This document shows positions 9,664-18,432 of a stretch of 64,000 bases of DNA, piece by piece. Source of the DNA: an uncultured Candidatus Saccharibacteria bacterium (lineage in GTDB: Bacteria > Patescibacteriota > Minisyncoccia > UBA6257 > 1-14-0-10-44-23); NCBI GenBank assembly GCA_964641225.1, contig CAZXKC010000004.1:29026-93025 (forward strand). The letters run 5' to 3'. The notes below the pieces were generated by a model that made no database searches, was not told where the DNA came from, and saw only the letters and a list, made by a program, of their open reading frames with translations. How positions within the stretch are numbered: the first letter of the stretch is position 1; each line of letters starts with the position of its first letter. The position numbers and the translations under genes were made by a program.

Positions 9664-10449
9664 TTAAGCAACTAATGTATAAAAATTTGAGAACAGCATT
9701 GCCACCACAATTGGCCCTGTTCCACCGGGCGTGGGAGTGATGTGGCCTGCAACGCGCGAGGCGGATTTAAAATCAACGTCGCCCGACAGCGTATCACTCT
9801 CGTCGCGGCCATATCCGTAATCAATTACAACAGCACCTTTTTTGAGATGATCGCCGTTAATGAGGCGCGGTACACCAGTACCGGTAATCACGAGGTCGGC
9901 GTTACGAACAATTTCCGGCTTATACCCGCCCTTGTTCATAATGGTGACGTGTTTAACTTTGCCCATGAGCCAATCTGCAATTGGTCGGCCGATGAGAAGT
10001 CCTGAGCCAACCACCACCACCTCCTTATCGGCCACATCAAAGGCGACTTCTTTTAAAATTCGCTTGAGCGCACCAGCGGCCGGGGCCAAAATTTTGCTGG
10101 TCTCGCCGTTTAACACATCAACATCTTTGTCGATACCAATCTCATTGAGCACCGCAATGCGGTCGTACTTGACCGGAAGCGGCAACTGAATAATGACTGC
10201 ACCGACGTCAGGATTGGTATAAATTTCATGAACTTTTTTCTGTAACTCAACCTGCGCGAGCGTGTCTGCAAAACGATATAAATGAAATTTGACCCCAAGC
10301 GAGCGAGCCGCCATCTCTTTTTGTTTAAGAAAACTTAATGAGGCCGCATCATCGCCCACTAAAATTGCCGCGAACTCCTTTTCGGGAACAAGTTGCTTTG
10401 CAAGTTCCTTTAAAATCTTCTCCGCTATTTTTGCACCGTCAATAATCAT
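9664..10449 (-). CDS. folD: Methylenetetrahydrofolate dehydrogenase/cyclohydrolase
   Basis: IIDGAKIA, IQLPLP, KDVD, GDVDF and TPTPGGTGP motifs. Confidence 0.92.
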   Translation of the reverse strand: MIIDGAKIAEKILKELAKQLVPEKEFAAILVGDDAASLSFLKQKEMAARSLGVKFHLYRFADTLAQVELQKKVHEIYTNPDVGAVIIQLPLPVKYDRIAVLNEIGIDKDVDVLNGETSKILAPAAGALKRILKEVAFDVADKEVVVVGSGLLIGRPIADWLMGKVKHVTIMNKGGYKPEIVRNADLVITGTGVPRLINGDHLKKGAVVIDYGYGRDESDTLSGDVDFKSASRVAGHITPTPGGTGPIVVAMLFSNFYTLVA

Positions 10450-10485
10450 AGTTATTTACCTATTCGCGCGAATTAGAGAATAGGA

Positions 10486-11760
10486 TTAGTACGGAAGTGG
10501 AAACTTTTTACAGAGCGCAAGCACCTCTTTGCGAACCTTAACCGGCGACTCTTTTAAATCAATCAACCTATGAATCCAACCGGCAAGCATTTTCATTTCT
10601 TTTTCTTTCATACCGCGGCTGGTAATCAGCGGCGTACCCATGCGCACCCCAGAGGGCCGAAACGGCTTGTCGTCGCCCGGGACGGAATTGCGATTGGCAA
10701 TAATTCCAGCTTTTTCAAGCAGCTGCTCCCCTTCTGAGCCGGTAATCCCCTTATTTTTCATATTCAGAAGCAGCAAATGATTTTGCGTCCCACCGGAGAC
10801 AATCTCAAAACCAAAGCGCATAAGTTCATCTGCAAGCACCTTCGCATTTTTCACGATCTGCTGCCCGTACTTCTTAAATGCCGGTTTTTGCATAAACTCA
10901 AACATGAGCGCAATTGCCGCCGTCTGGTTGTTGTGTGGCCCCCCTTGAATACCCGGGATAATTGCTTTGTTAATCGCCATCGCAATCTGCTGGCCTTTAG
11001 AAAAAATGACAGCGCCGCGCGGTCCGCGCATGGTCTTATGCGTTGTTGCCATCACGACATCAGCATACGGAAACGGACTTGGGTGTGTTCCGGCGGCAAT
11101 CAAACCGGCAATGTGGCTAACGTCAGCGACGTGATATGCGCCAACTTTTTTAGCAATTTCACCGATACGTTTGAAGTCGATCAGATGAGAATAGGCCGTT
11201 GCGCCGGAATAGATCATTTTCGGTTTGTGCTCGTTTGCCAGTTTTTCAATCTGTGCGTAATCAAGCAAGCCTGTTTTTTCATTGAGCTCATACTGTACCG
11301 AATTATAAAATGTTCCGGAAAAATTCAATTTAAAGCCGTGGGTTAAATGACCGCCTGCGGCCAGCGCCATACCGAGCACGGTGTCGCCCGGCTTCATTAG
11401 CGCAAAATAAATTGCCATATTTGCAGCTGAACCTGAAGCAGCTTGGACATTAAGATACCAGGTGTTTGCGTCAGCTGGATTAATATCTTCAACTTTCGTC
11501 GGTAATTCTATGGATGGCTTTCCTTTTAATTTAAAAGCCTTAAAACCCTCAACTTGAGCCATGGTTTCAATCTCATCGCAAAATTCGTTGCCGGGGTAAT
11601 AGCGACGCCCCGGATAGCCCTCTGAGTATTTATTAACAAGCGGCGTGCCAAGGACACGCAAAATTTCCGGATCAACAATATTTTCGGATGGTATTAAACC
11701 AATCGTTTCATTTTGGCGCTTTGTTTCCGCGTGTATAAATTTCCAAAGTTTTTGTGACAT
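10486..11760 (-). CDS. glyA: Serine hydroxymethyltransferase
   Basis: LIPSEN, NKYSEGYPGRRYY, GGHLTHG and TTHKTMRGPRG motifs. Confidence 0.97.
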   Translation of the reverse strand: MSQKLWKFIHAETKRQNETIGLIPSENIVDPEILRVLGTPLVNKYSEGYPGRRYYPGNEFCDEIETMAQVEGFKAFKLKGKPSIELPTKVEDINPADANTWYLNVQAASGSAANMAIYFALMKPGDTVLGMALAAGGHLTHGFKLNFSGTFYNSVQYELNEKTGLLDYAQIEKLANEHKPKMIYSGATAYSHLIDFKRIGEIAKKVGAYHVADVSHIAGLIAAGTHPSPFPYADVVMATTHKTMRGPRGAVIFSKGQQIAMAINKAIIPGIQGGPHNNQTAAIALMFEFMQKPAFKKYGQQIVKNAKVLADELMRFGFEIVSGGTQNHLLLLNMKNKGITGSEGEQLLEKAGIIANRNSVPGDDKPFRPSGVRMGTPLITSRGMKEKEMKMLAGWIHRLIDLKESPVKVRKEVLALCKKFPLPY

Positions 11761-12053
11761 ACCCGGTGCTACAACTGCGATTAGGATTTATATTACTTCA
11801 CGAGTCGACATTGCTTGATTTCTAGAACGACTATGGTGCGCCCGATACTGTGTGAGCCCGCAAGATACAATCGCGAAGAAGATCGCAGTTGTCGCACCGG
11901 GCATAATTATGTACTTTACACGAATTTATTAATTATAACAAAAAACCGCCTTCAGGGCAGCTTATATCAAAACATAAAGCCGCCGCGCGTTATGAAGCGG
12001 TGTTAGAGGTAAACGATGACCAGGTTGTACGATATTTTGAAGTAATCATAGCA

Positions 12054-12266
12054 TTACGGTTGTGCCGTATTGTAAGCGACTAACAACTTTTCTTTAAGAT
12101 TGCGCACAACAATAGAGAGCGTCATCTCTTTGTTTCGGATAAGCTCAAGCGTTACGGCCAAAAGCTGCTCCTCCGCTGTTTCGATAAACAAACGCAAAAG
12201 CTCTTTGTCATCTGCAGACACGTCTGACTCGGCAATAAGTTTTGATAAGGCCTCTTTAGTATTCAT
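12054..12266 (-). CDS. Hypothetical helical protein
   Basis: 70-aa ORF co-oriented with neighbours. Confidence 0.5.
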   Translation of the reverse strand: MNTKEALSKLIAESDVSADDKELLRLFIETAEEQLLAVTLELIRNKEMTLSIVVRNLKEKLLVAYNTAQP

Positions 12267-12271
12267 ATTCT

Positions 12272-12493
12272 TTAGTGATGTCCTCCGCCATGCCCACCGC
12301 CGCCGCCATGACTCTTACCACCGCCGGAAGCTACCTTGCCCGACATAAGAGCCTTATCGGCCTTTTCTAACCCACCCTCTTCGTTAACAGTGCCAAAAAG
12401 ATGATATGGGATAAGCGCGTAATTTAAAATAGACCACGCGGCAATGCCGCCTAAAAATTTACCCGTATTTTCCATTGCCGTTTCAAATTTCAT
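12272..12493 (-). CDS. Small membrane protein with Gly/His-rich tail
   Basis: One TM segment and a GGGKSHGGGGGHGGGHH C-terminus. Confidence 0.55.
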   Translation of the reverse strand: MKFETAMENTGKFLGGIAAWSILNYALIPYHLFGTVNEEGGLEKADKALMSGKVASGGGKSHGGGGGHGGGHH

Positions 12494-12515
12494 ATAGTGG
12501 CACTATATCAAAAAA

Positions 12516-12620
12516 TGGTGTTCGTGGGAAGGATACTCTATCGTTTATTTTTTACCTACGTAAGCTTGGTGCGCGCGGGAAGGACACCCCTTCGCTGGGC
12601 GGCTTCGGGGTGCAAGTCTC
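12516..12620 (-). repeat. Two 3'-end copies of tRNA-Ile, both ending in CCA; one has a hairpin inserted in the T-loop
   Basis: ATCCTTCCCACGAACACCA (12516-12534) and TCCTTCCCGCGCGCACCA (12567-12584) versus the tRNA end ATCCTTCCCACGCGCA. Confidence 0.75.
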
Positions 12621-12674
12621 CTGAAATACATAGCAAGATACCACTAAGATAGTCAGATGACTGATGCGGTTTTG

Positions 12675-12746
12675 TGCGCGTGGGAAGGATCGAACTTCCG
12701 GCCTTTTCATTATCAGTGAAATGCTCTACCACTGAGCTACACGCGC
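12675..12746 (-). tRNA. tRNA-Ile(GAT)
   Basis: GCGCGTG...CACGCGC-A, anticodon arm TTTCA-CTGATAA-TGAAA. Confidence 0.95.
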
Positions 12747-12764
12747 ATACGGGTATTCTATACT

Positions 12765-12894
12765 ACTGAGCTATCGCGAGCCGCCTTTGGCGGCGGTTAC
12801 AAAAGCGGCGGTGGCCGCAACCCTGAGCGACAAGGCCCGGGTACCTCGGTCCTCTTTTATTCTATAACAAGAGCCGAGGGGCCGCCACACGCGC
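12765..12894 (-). repeat. tRNA-Ile 5' fragment interrupted by a 114-bp structured repeat (copy 2, 12774-12887)
   Basis: GCGCGTG-[TGGCGGCCCC...CTCGCGA]-TAGCTCAGT. Confidence 0.9.
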
Positions 12895-12954
12895 ATGTAG
12901 TCGAATAGGAAATATTTTAGACTAAGTCGGCAACTTTGGCAACAAGTGTATTTT

Positions 12955-13287
12955 TTAGGGCTTACTCGTGGTTGCCGGCGTCGTGGTGGTCGACGTAGCC
13001 GCTGGCGCCAAGCTCGGCGTCACCTTTACCGCAGAGGCAGGTGCATAGGTACTAAGCACTGTTGAATTGCCCGGATAAATCTCCTTCATAAGCGCATCGT
13101 ATTTTTCAAAATTAAATGTCTGCTCAGCGTGTTTTGTAAGCACATCAGTTCCAAAGACCAGCTGCGCCTTGAGCGTTATCGAATGAACAAGAAAAATCAA
13201 ATATGCAATTAAACACGTTGCGAGCACGCCGGCGATCGAGACATATATAACCTCTTGCTTGTGATTGCTTGTATTTTTAATACGCAT
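12955..13287 (-). CDS. Hypothetical membrane protein with Thr/Pro-rich tail
   Basis: N-terminal TM helix; downstream of the PilO-like gene. Confidence 0.6.
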   Translation of the reverse strand: MRIKNTSNHKQEVIYVSIAGVLATCLIAYLIFLVHSITLKAQLVFGTDVLTKHAEQTFNFEKYDALMKEIYPGNSTVLSTYAPASAVKVTPSLAPAATSTTTTPATTSKP

Positions 13288-13298
13288 ACAAATTCTTT

Positions 13299-13826
13299 TT
13301 ACTTTGTGTAGATGGCACCGGTAGTGGTCAAATTATACTGATTGTTGAGCTGATAACTTGTTGTTACCCCATCGAAGCGGATAAAATACGGAAGCTGCTC
13401 GAGAAATTGTAAAAATGAAATAATGTCATCAAAGTGACCGGTTGCACTTAACGTAAAATTAACTGAGCCTGAATCAGTCGCCGTTGCCGCTGTTTCTGTG
13501 CCAAAACTAAACCCAACATCAACATTAAATTTCTTTCCATAATTACTGATATCGCGAGAAAAACCGATCAATTGATCTTTTGGCGGTATAATACTCTGAA
13601 GACGCGCAAGTAGCGGATCCGCTTTCTTAAGATCAGTATTGCTACCTGCAATTAATTCAATCGTTCGATTGCGCAGCGTAATCTCTGCTTTTTCTTGATC
13701 GATTTGCCTAACCAGCTTGTTTAAGTGACTATTAAAAATAACTAAACCTGCACTTAAGACAGAGATCAAGCCGGCGGCAATTGATAACTTTATTAATAAC
13801 CGTTTATAAAAATGCGTAAGAACCAT
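13299..13826 (-). CDS. Type IV pilus assembly PilO-like protein
   Basis: TM, coiled coil, then G.FDDIISFLQFLEQLPYFIR ferredoxin-like domain. Confidence 0.7.
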   Translation of the reverse strand: MVLTHFYKRLLIKLSIAAGLISVLSAGLVIFNSHLNKLVRQIDQEKAEITLRNRTIELIAGSNTDLKKADPLLARLQSIIPPKDQLIGFSRDISNYGKKFNVDVGFSFGTETAATATDSGSVNFTLSATGHFDDIISFLQFLEQLPYFIRFDGVTTSYQLNNQYNLTTTGAIYTK

Positions 13827-13843
13827 TTCAGTACAAGTATATC

Positions 13844-14875
13844 ATGACGTCAGAACAGATATATTATAACGCGCTGGCTCTTACCTATCGCTGCTCATAT
13901 AAGACTATGCAGCGACTTTGGGATGAACACGGCAACTGGCAGACGGCATATACACAGACAACCGACAGAAAACGCATTGATGCGCAAAAGGCTGCCGATG
14001 AACTTAAAAAGCATGACATACGCGTTGTACTGCGTAACGACGATGACTTTCCGGAATTACTCCGCGAGATCCCCTGGCCGCCGTTTGCCATCTATGTACG
14101 CGGAAAACTCCCGGCATTTAAAAGACCGGCCGTTGCAGTTGTTGGTACACGCAAAGCAACTCCAGTCGGGCTACAAACGGCGCAGCGTTTCGCTGCTGAT
14201 CTTGCCCGTAAAGGGGTTCCAATCGTTAGCGGACTAGCGCTTGGCATGGATGCAGCCGCGCATGAGGGTGCACTTGAAGCCCACGGAACTGCCGTTGCTG
14301 TACTTGCCTCAAGCGTTGATAACATTACACCGCGAACAAACGCGCAACTCGGCGAACGCATTCTTAAAAACGGCGGCGCCATAATTTCAGAATATCCGCT
14401 GGGTACAGAATCAATTCCCCGATTATTTTTAGAACGCAACAGGATCGTCAGTGGTCTTTCAAAAGCTGTGCTTGTAATTGAGGCGCCGAAACGCTCTGGT
14501 ACATTAGCAACGGCTCGATTTGCAATTGAACAAAACCGAGAACTATTAGTCGTCCCTGGTGGGATCTCAAATCCCAATTACGAAGGCTCAAATGACTTGA
14601 TAAAACAAGGCGCGCAACTGGTTACCAGCAGCGAAGACGTACTACATGTGTTAGGGATTGAGGAGGATAAAAATGCGGCAACAGAACAACAACTTCCCTT
14701 CCTCGATGAGACGCAACAAAAAATTGTTGCGTATTTGACAGAGATCGGAGAGCCGATGCATACTGACGCCTTGTGTGAAAAAGTCGCACTCTCTGCAGCC
14801 GTTCTTTCCGAAGCTTTAGCGATGTTAACTATTGCGAACATTGTGAAAGAGTCCGGTGGCAGGTACTATATATGA
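13844..14875 (+). CDS. dprA: DNA-protecting protein DprA
   Basis: AVVGTR, IVSGLALGMDAAAH, ISEYP, RNRIVSGLS and SGTLATA motifs. Confidence 0.97.
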   Translation: MTSEQIYYNALALTYRCSYKTMQRLWDEHGNWQTAYTQTTDRKRIDAQKAADELKKHDIRVVLRNDDDFPELLREIPWPPFAIYVRGKLPAFKRPAVAVVGTRKATPVGLQTAQRFAADLARKGVPIVSGLALGMDAAAHEGALEAHGTAVAVLASSVDNITPRTNAQLGERILKNGGAIISEYPLGTESIPRLFLERNRIVSGLSKAVLVIEAPKRSGTLATARFAIEQNRELLVVPGGISNPNYEGSNDLIKQGAQLVTSSEDVLHVLGIEEDKNAATEQQLPFLDETQQKIVAYLTEIGEPMHTDALCEKVALSAAVLSEALAMLTIANIVKESGGRYYI

Positions 14876-14884
14876 AGAGAGAAC

Positions 14885-14962
14885 AGTAAACTGTAAACCA
14901 TAAACTATAAATCTGAAGACTCTTGCCATTGTTTATAGTTTGGAGTTTATCATTTAAGTTTG
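14885..14962. repeat. Degenerate heptamer repeats in inverted arrangement between dprA and topA
   Basis: TAAACTG-TAAACCA-TAAACTA-TAAA followed by TTTATAG-TTTGGAG-TTTATCA-TTTAAG. Confidence 0.6.
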
Positions 14963-14973
14963 AAATCCATTAC

Positions 14974-17133
14974 ATGAAACTTGTTATTGTCGAGTCGCCG
15001 ACAAAGGCGAACACCATAAGTAAATTTATCGGAAAAGAATATCGAGTTGAGTCATCCTTTGGGCACGTCCGCGACTTGCCCAAAAGTCGTTTTGGTATCG
15101 ACCTCGAAAAAAACTTTGAACCGACCTATATCATCCCCGTAAAAGCCAAGACCCGGGTTACTGAACTGCGCAAACTTGCTAGCAAGGCAAAGGAGATTAT
15201 TCTCGCAAGCGATGAAGACCGCGAAGGAGAGGCCATTGCCTGGCACCTGCGTCAGGTATTAGAAGGAAAGGGTTCGAAGACTAAACGCGACTCAGTCTCT
15301 GTAATCGAAGGCAAGCCGATTAACCGCATCGTCTTTCATGAAATTACTGAAACTGCGATTAAGAATGCGCTGACTCACCCGCGCGAACTCGACCAAAAGA
15401 TGGTTGACGCTCAACAGGCTCGACGTATTTTAGACCGACTTGTGGGTTATAAGCTTTCACCGTTCCTCTGGAAAAAAATTGCAAAGGGACTTTCTGCCGG
15501 TCGCGTACAATCCGTTGCGCTGCGGTTAATTGTTGATCGCGAAAACGAAATTCGCGCCTTCAAACCCGAAGAGTACTGGAGCATCTCGGCAAAACTCAAA
15601 ACTCAAAACTCAAAACTCAAAACTGAAGATGGGTTCGAAGCGGATTTAATTAAAGTTGCCGGTAAGGTACTCGATAAGTTTGATATTAAAACCAAGGCGG
15701 ATGCGGAAAAGATTGCCGCAGACCTAAAGAACGCGAGCTATTCAGTCACGAGCGTAAAAAAGACAGAGACCAAAAAGAATCCCTCCGGGCCTTTTACGAC
15801 CAGTACCCTGCAGCAAACTGCCAGCACCCGCCTTGGTTATTCTGCCAAGAAGACCATGACGCTGGCGCAGATTTTGTATGAAAACGGACACATCACGTAC
15901 ATGCGTACCGACTCTTTGAATCTTTCAAAAGAGTCACAAGCTGCCGCGGCAGAATATTTGCAAACAACCTTTGGCGAAAAATACGTTTCAGTAAAGTCAT
16001 ATCACACTAAATCAAAAGGTGCGCAGGAGGCGCACGAGGCTGTCCGCCCGACGAAACTGACTCATCCGGATGAGCTGCCGGTCTCCGACGAGGCTGTGCG
16101 CAAACTCTATCGTTTGATCTGGCAGCGCTTTTTGGCGTCACAAATGCCGCACGCTGTTTTTGATGCAACTCAAGTAGACGTTGAGACTGCCGATAAAAAA
16201 TACACGCTGCGCGCAAATGGCAATACGATGAAGTTTGATGGATTCCTTAAAGTCTATCCTCAATCATTTGAAGAAAAACAGTTGCCGGTACTCGCAGAGG
16301 CCGACAAACTAAAATTAGAGAAAGTTACGCCGGATCAACACTTTACGGAGCCCCCGGGTCGCTACTCTGAAGCCAAGCTGATTAAAACCCTTGAAGAGTT
16401 TGGTATTGGCCGTCCTTCAACCTACGTTTCGATCATTTCCGTGATTCAGGCGCGTAATTATGTGCGCAAAGAGGGCGGACGCTTTCATCCAACCGAAATC
16501 GGGGAAATGGTCAGTAAGCTTTTGACGACCCACTTCCCGCAGGTAGTCGATATTGGTTTTACGGCAAAAATTGAAAGCGAATTAGACGAGGTCGCCGAGG
16601 GCACGATTGTGTGGCAGGCCCCACTGCGCGAATTTTACGATCCGTTTGCGAAATTACTTGAAGAAAAATACGCCAGCGTTGAAAAAGAAAACCCTGACGA
16701 GGCTACCGACGAGGTCTGCGCCTGCACCGGCAAGAGTAGTTCGCCTAACTCAAAATGCGAACACGAGGGGTCCTGTGGCAAGCCGATGATTATCAAATTC
16801 GGACGCTTTGGAAAGTTCCTCGCCTGCTCCGGTTTCCCGGAGTGTAAAAATGCAAAGAACGTCAATCGCGCCGAGGCGTTGACGATTAATATGAAGTGCC
16901 CGAAGTGTCTTGAAACCCCGGAACGAAAAGATAACCCTGGTGACGTTGTCGTTAAACAAACCCGCAAGGGCCGTAAACGAATGTTCTGGGGCTGCAGCAG
17001 ATATCCAGACTGTACGTTCGCCACTTGGAACGATCCTACCAAGACACCGGAACAAATAGCGGAAGAGAAAGCAAAAGCCAAGGCGAAAAAGTTTGAAGAG
17101 AAGGATGAAAAGGTAGTTGAGGAGGAGTCGTAA
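14974..17133 (+). CDS. topA: DNA topoisomerase I
   Basis: MKLVIVESP, DEDREGEAIAWH, SAGRVQS, ITYMRTD, GIGRPSTY and C-terminal zinc ribbons; likely start ATG at 14974. Confidence 0.97.
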   Translation: MKLVIVESPTKANTISKFIGKEYRVESSFGHVRDLPKSRFGIDLEKNFEPTYIIPVKAKTRVTELRKLASKAKEIILASDEDREGEAIAWHLRQVLEGKGSKTKRDSVSVIEGKPINRIVFHEITETAIKNALTHPRELDQKMVDAQQARRILDRLVGYKLSPFLWKKIAKGLSAGRVQSVALRLIVDRENEIRAFKPEEYWSISAKLKTQNSKLKTEDGFEADLIKVAGKVLDKFDIKTKADAEKIAADLKNASYSVTSVKKTETKKNPSGPFTTSTLQQTASTRLGYSAKKTMTLAQILYENGHITYMRTDSLNLSKESQAAAAEYLQTTFGEKYVSVKSYHTKSKGAQEAHEAVRPTKLTHPDELPVSDEAVRKLYRLIWQRFLASQMPHAVFDATQVDVETADKKYTLRANGNTMKFDGFLKVYPQSFEEKQLPVLAEADKLKLEKVTPDQHFTEPPGRYSEAKLIKTLEEFGIGRPSTYVSIISVIQARNYVRKEGGRFHPTEIGEMVSKLLTTHFPQVVDIGFTAKIESELDEVAEGTIVWQAPLREFYDPFAKLLEEKYASVEKENPDEATDEVCACTGKSSSPNSKCEHEGSCGKPMIIKFGRFGKFLACSGFPECKNAKNVNRAEALTINMKCPKCLETPERKDNPGDVVVKQTRKGRKRMFWGCSRYPDCTFATWNDPTKTPEQIAEEKAKAKAKKFEEKDEKVVEEES
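15590..15624 (+). repeat. (CAAAACT)x5 tandem repeat inside topA
   Basis: Five perfect heptamers encoding KLKTQNSKLKT. Confidence 0.9.
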
Positions 17134-17135
17134 AA

Positions 17136-17175
17136 AGCAAAGAGGCTCCGGGTCGCTTGCGCAAACCGGAGCCTG
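17136..17175. terminator. Bidirectional hairpin between topA and the convergent GC-rich gene
   Basis: AGGCTCCGG...CCGGAGCCT stem with an A-rich 5' flank. Confidence 0.6.
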
Positions 17176-17230
17176 AGACTCCAAGGGGCAGAGGGTCGGG
17201 ATAACCGAGCAACCTAAGCCCCAAGTTTCG

Positions 17231-17819
17231 TTACTTGACCTCGACGAGCCACCGCAAGAGGTAGCTCCAGCCGCGGCCAGCCTGGCGGAAGAACTCGACG
17301 CCGTCGCTTCCCACGTACGGGAAGAAGACGCGGTCGGCCGGACCGACCCACGAGGCATCGGCGACTCCGACCCAGCTTCCGTCGGTCTTCGGGTAGGCCT
17401 TTCTTAAAGGCCTTGCGCCACTGGCCCTGCGGGATCTTCCCGTGCCTGGCCAGCTCCTCCTTCACCGCCTCGAAACTCGGCTGGTAGCCGATCGAGACCA
17501 GCTTGAACTTCCTGGTCTGCGGCTCGGCGATCTCCTGGCCAGTGAAGCGCCAGGTGCCCGTGAAGCCTTCGTCCGTGATCATCTGGAGTCCGGTGAAAGG
17601 CTCCGTGATGGAAAGTTCGAAGACCTCGCCGTCCTGCGGATAGGTCCGCAGTTCGGGGATCTTCCGCACCGCCTCCTCGATGGCGTCGGCGCAGCGGTTG
17701 ATGGCGAAGGCGTCGATGCAGACGCCGGTCGCGGCCAGTCGCTCACGCTTGATGCCGCGCTTGACCAGCTCCTTCGCGATCGCCGTACCGAGCGCCAAAT
17801 CCACTTCGTTGCCTCTCAT
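17231..17819 (-). pseudogene. GC-rich gene with a +1 frameshift near 17401; the corrected C-terminus resembles a DGR target variable region
   Basis: GGAGG SD and ATG at 17819; 589 bp (3n+1) to TAA at 17231; removing one A restores ...AFKKAYPKTDGSWVGVADASWVGPADRVFFPYVGSDG...RWLVEVK. Confidence 0.65.
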
Positions 17820-17978
17820 CGGAATCCTCCAAGCTATTCTTGAAAACACCTACGCGGCGCATTCTTGAACAGCGGTAAGGCGGCTTTTGTAGCCGCACAA
17901 ATTGGGTCGTTTTTGGCCTAAAAATAGACCAATTTGTGCGGCTAATTCAGCACAAGTAGCTTTAAAAGAACTTTATGC

Positions 17979-18007
17979 AGTATACATCCTTTTACTAAAT
18001 TTGTCAA
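17979..18007 (-). promoter_or_regulatory. Sigma70 promoter
   Basis: TTGACA-N17-TATACT; a long hairpin (17890-17944) lies in the leader downstream. Confidence 0.75.
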
Positions 18008-18098
18008 AGGTCTAAAAATGTCGATTTTAAGGCTTTTTTGTAATTATCTAAAACCAGAAAGCCGCCGAAGGCGCGACTCCTGGTCAACCTTACGGCGG

Positions 18099-18347
18099 CT
18101 AGTATTCCTGCTTCTTTGAGATTTGCTGCCTCTCGGCAGCAAAATGCCACAGATGCTGTATGGCACAGTCCCAGCAATAGATTGCGCCAATCTGCGCATC
18201 AGGGAATTTCCAGAATTCCAAGACTGCGCCGCACCCGCCCGCACACGAAGCTACTGCCAATACGACTGGCACCTGCGAGTATCGCGGCCTCCTAGACTTC
18301 TCATTTTTCGGAAAAGTCCACGAAGCATTTGCAAGACCTGTTTGCAT
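18099..18347 (-). CDS. Hypothetical Cys-containing small protein
   Basis: 82-aa ORF with CxxC pairs; overlapping alternative ORFs make the call uncertain. Confidence 0.3.
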   Translation of the reverse strand: MQTGLANASWTFPKNEKSRRPRYSQVPVVLAVASCAGGCGAVLEFWKFPDAQIGAIYCWDCAIQHLWHFAAERQQISKKQEY

Positions 18348-18432
18348 GGCCCCCCCCTTCTACTTATAAAACTAGAAAGCTGACTCTCTAAAGAGTTTGC
18401 CAAAAAACAAATCAACTGTAAACACGTAGAAC

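Noticed and set aside
8131-9675. 514-aa ORF on the + strand
   Set aside because: Antisense shadow of GC-rich purB; no recognisable motifs.
17214-17400. Arg-rich C-terminus of the listed 211-aa ORF
   Set aside because: Out-of-frame read after a +1 indel; the alternative frame has the gene's codon pattern.
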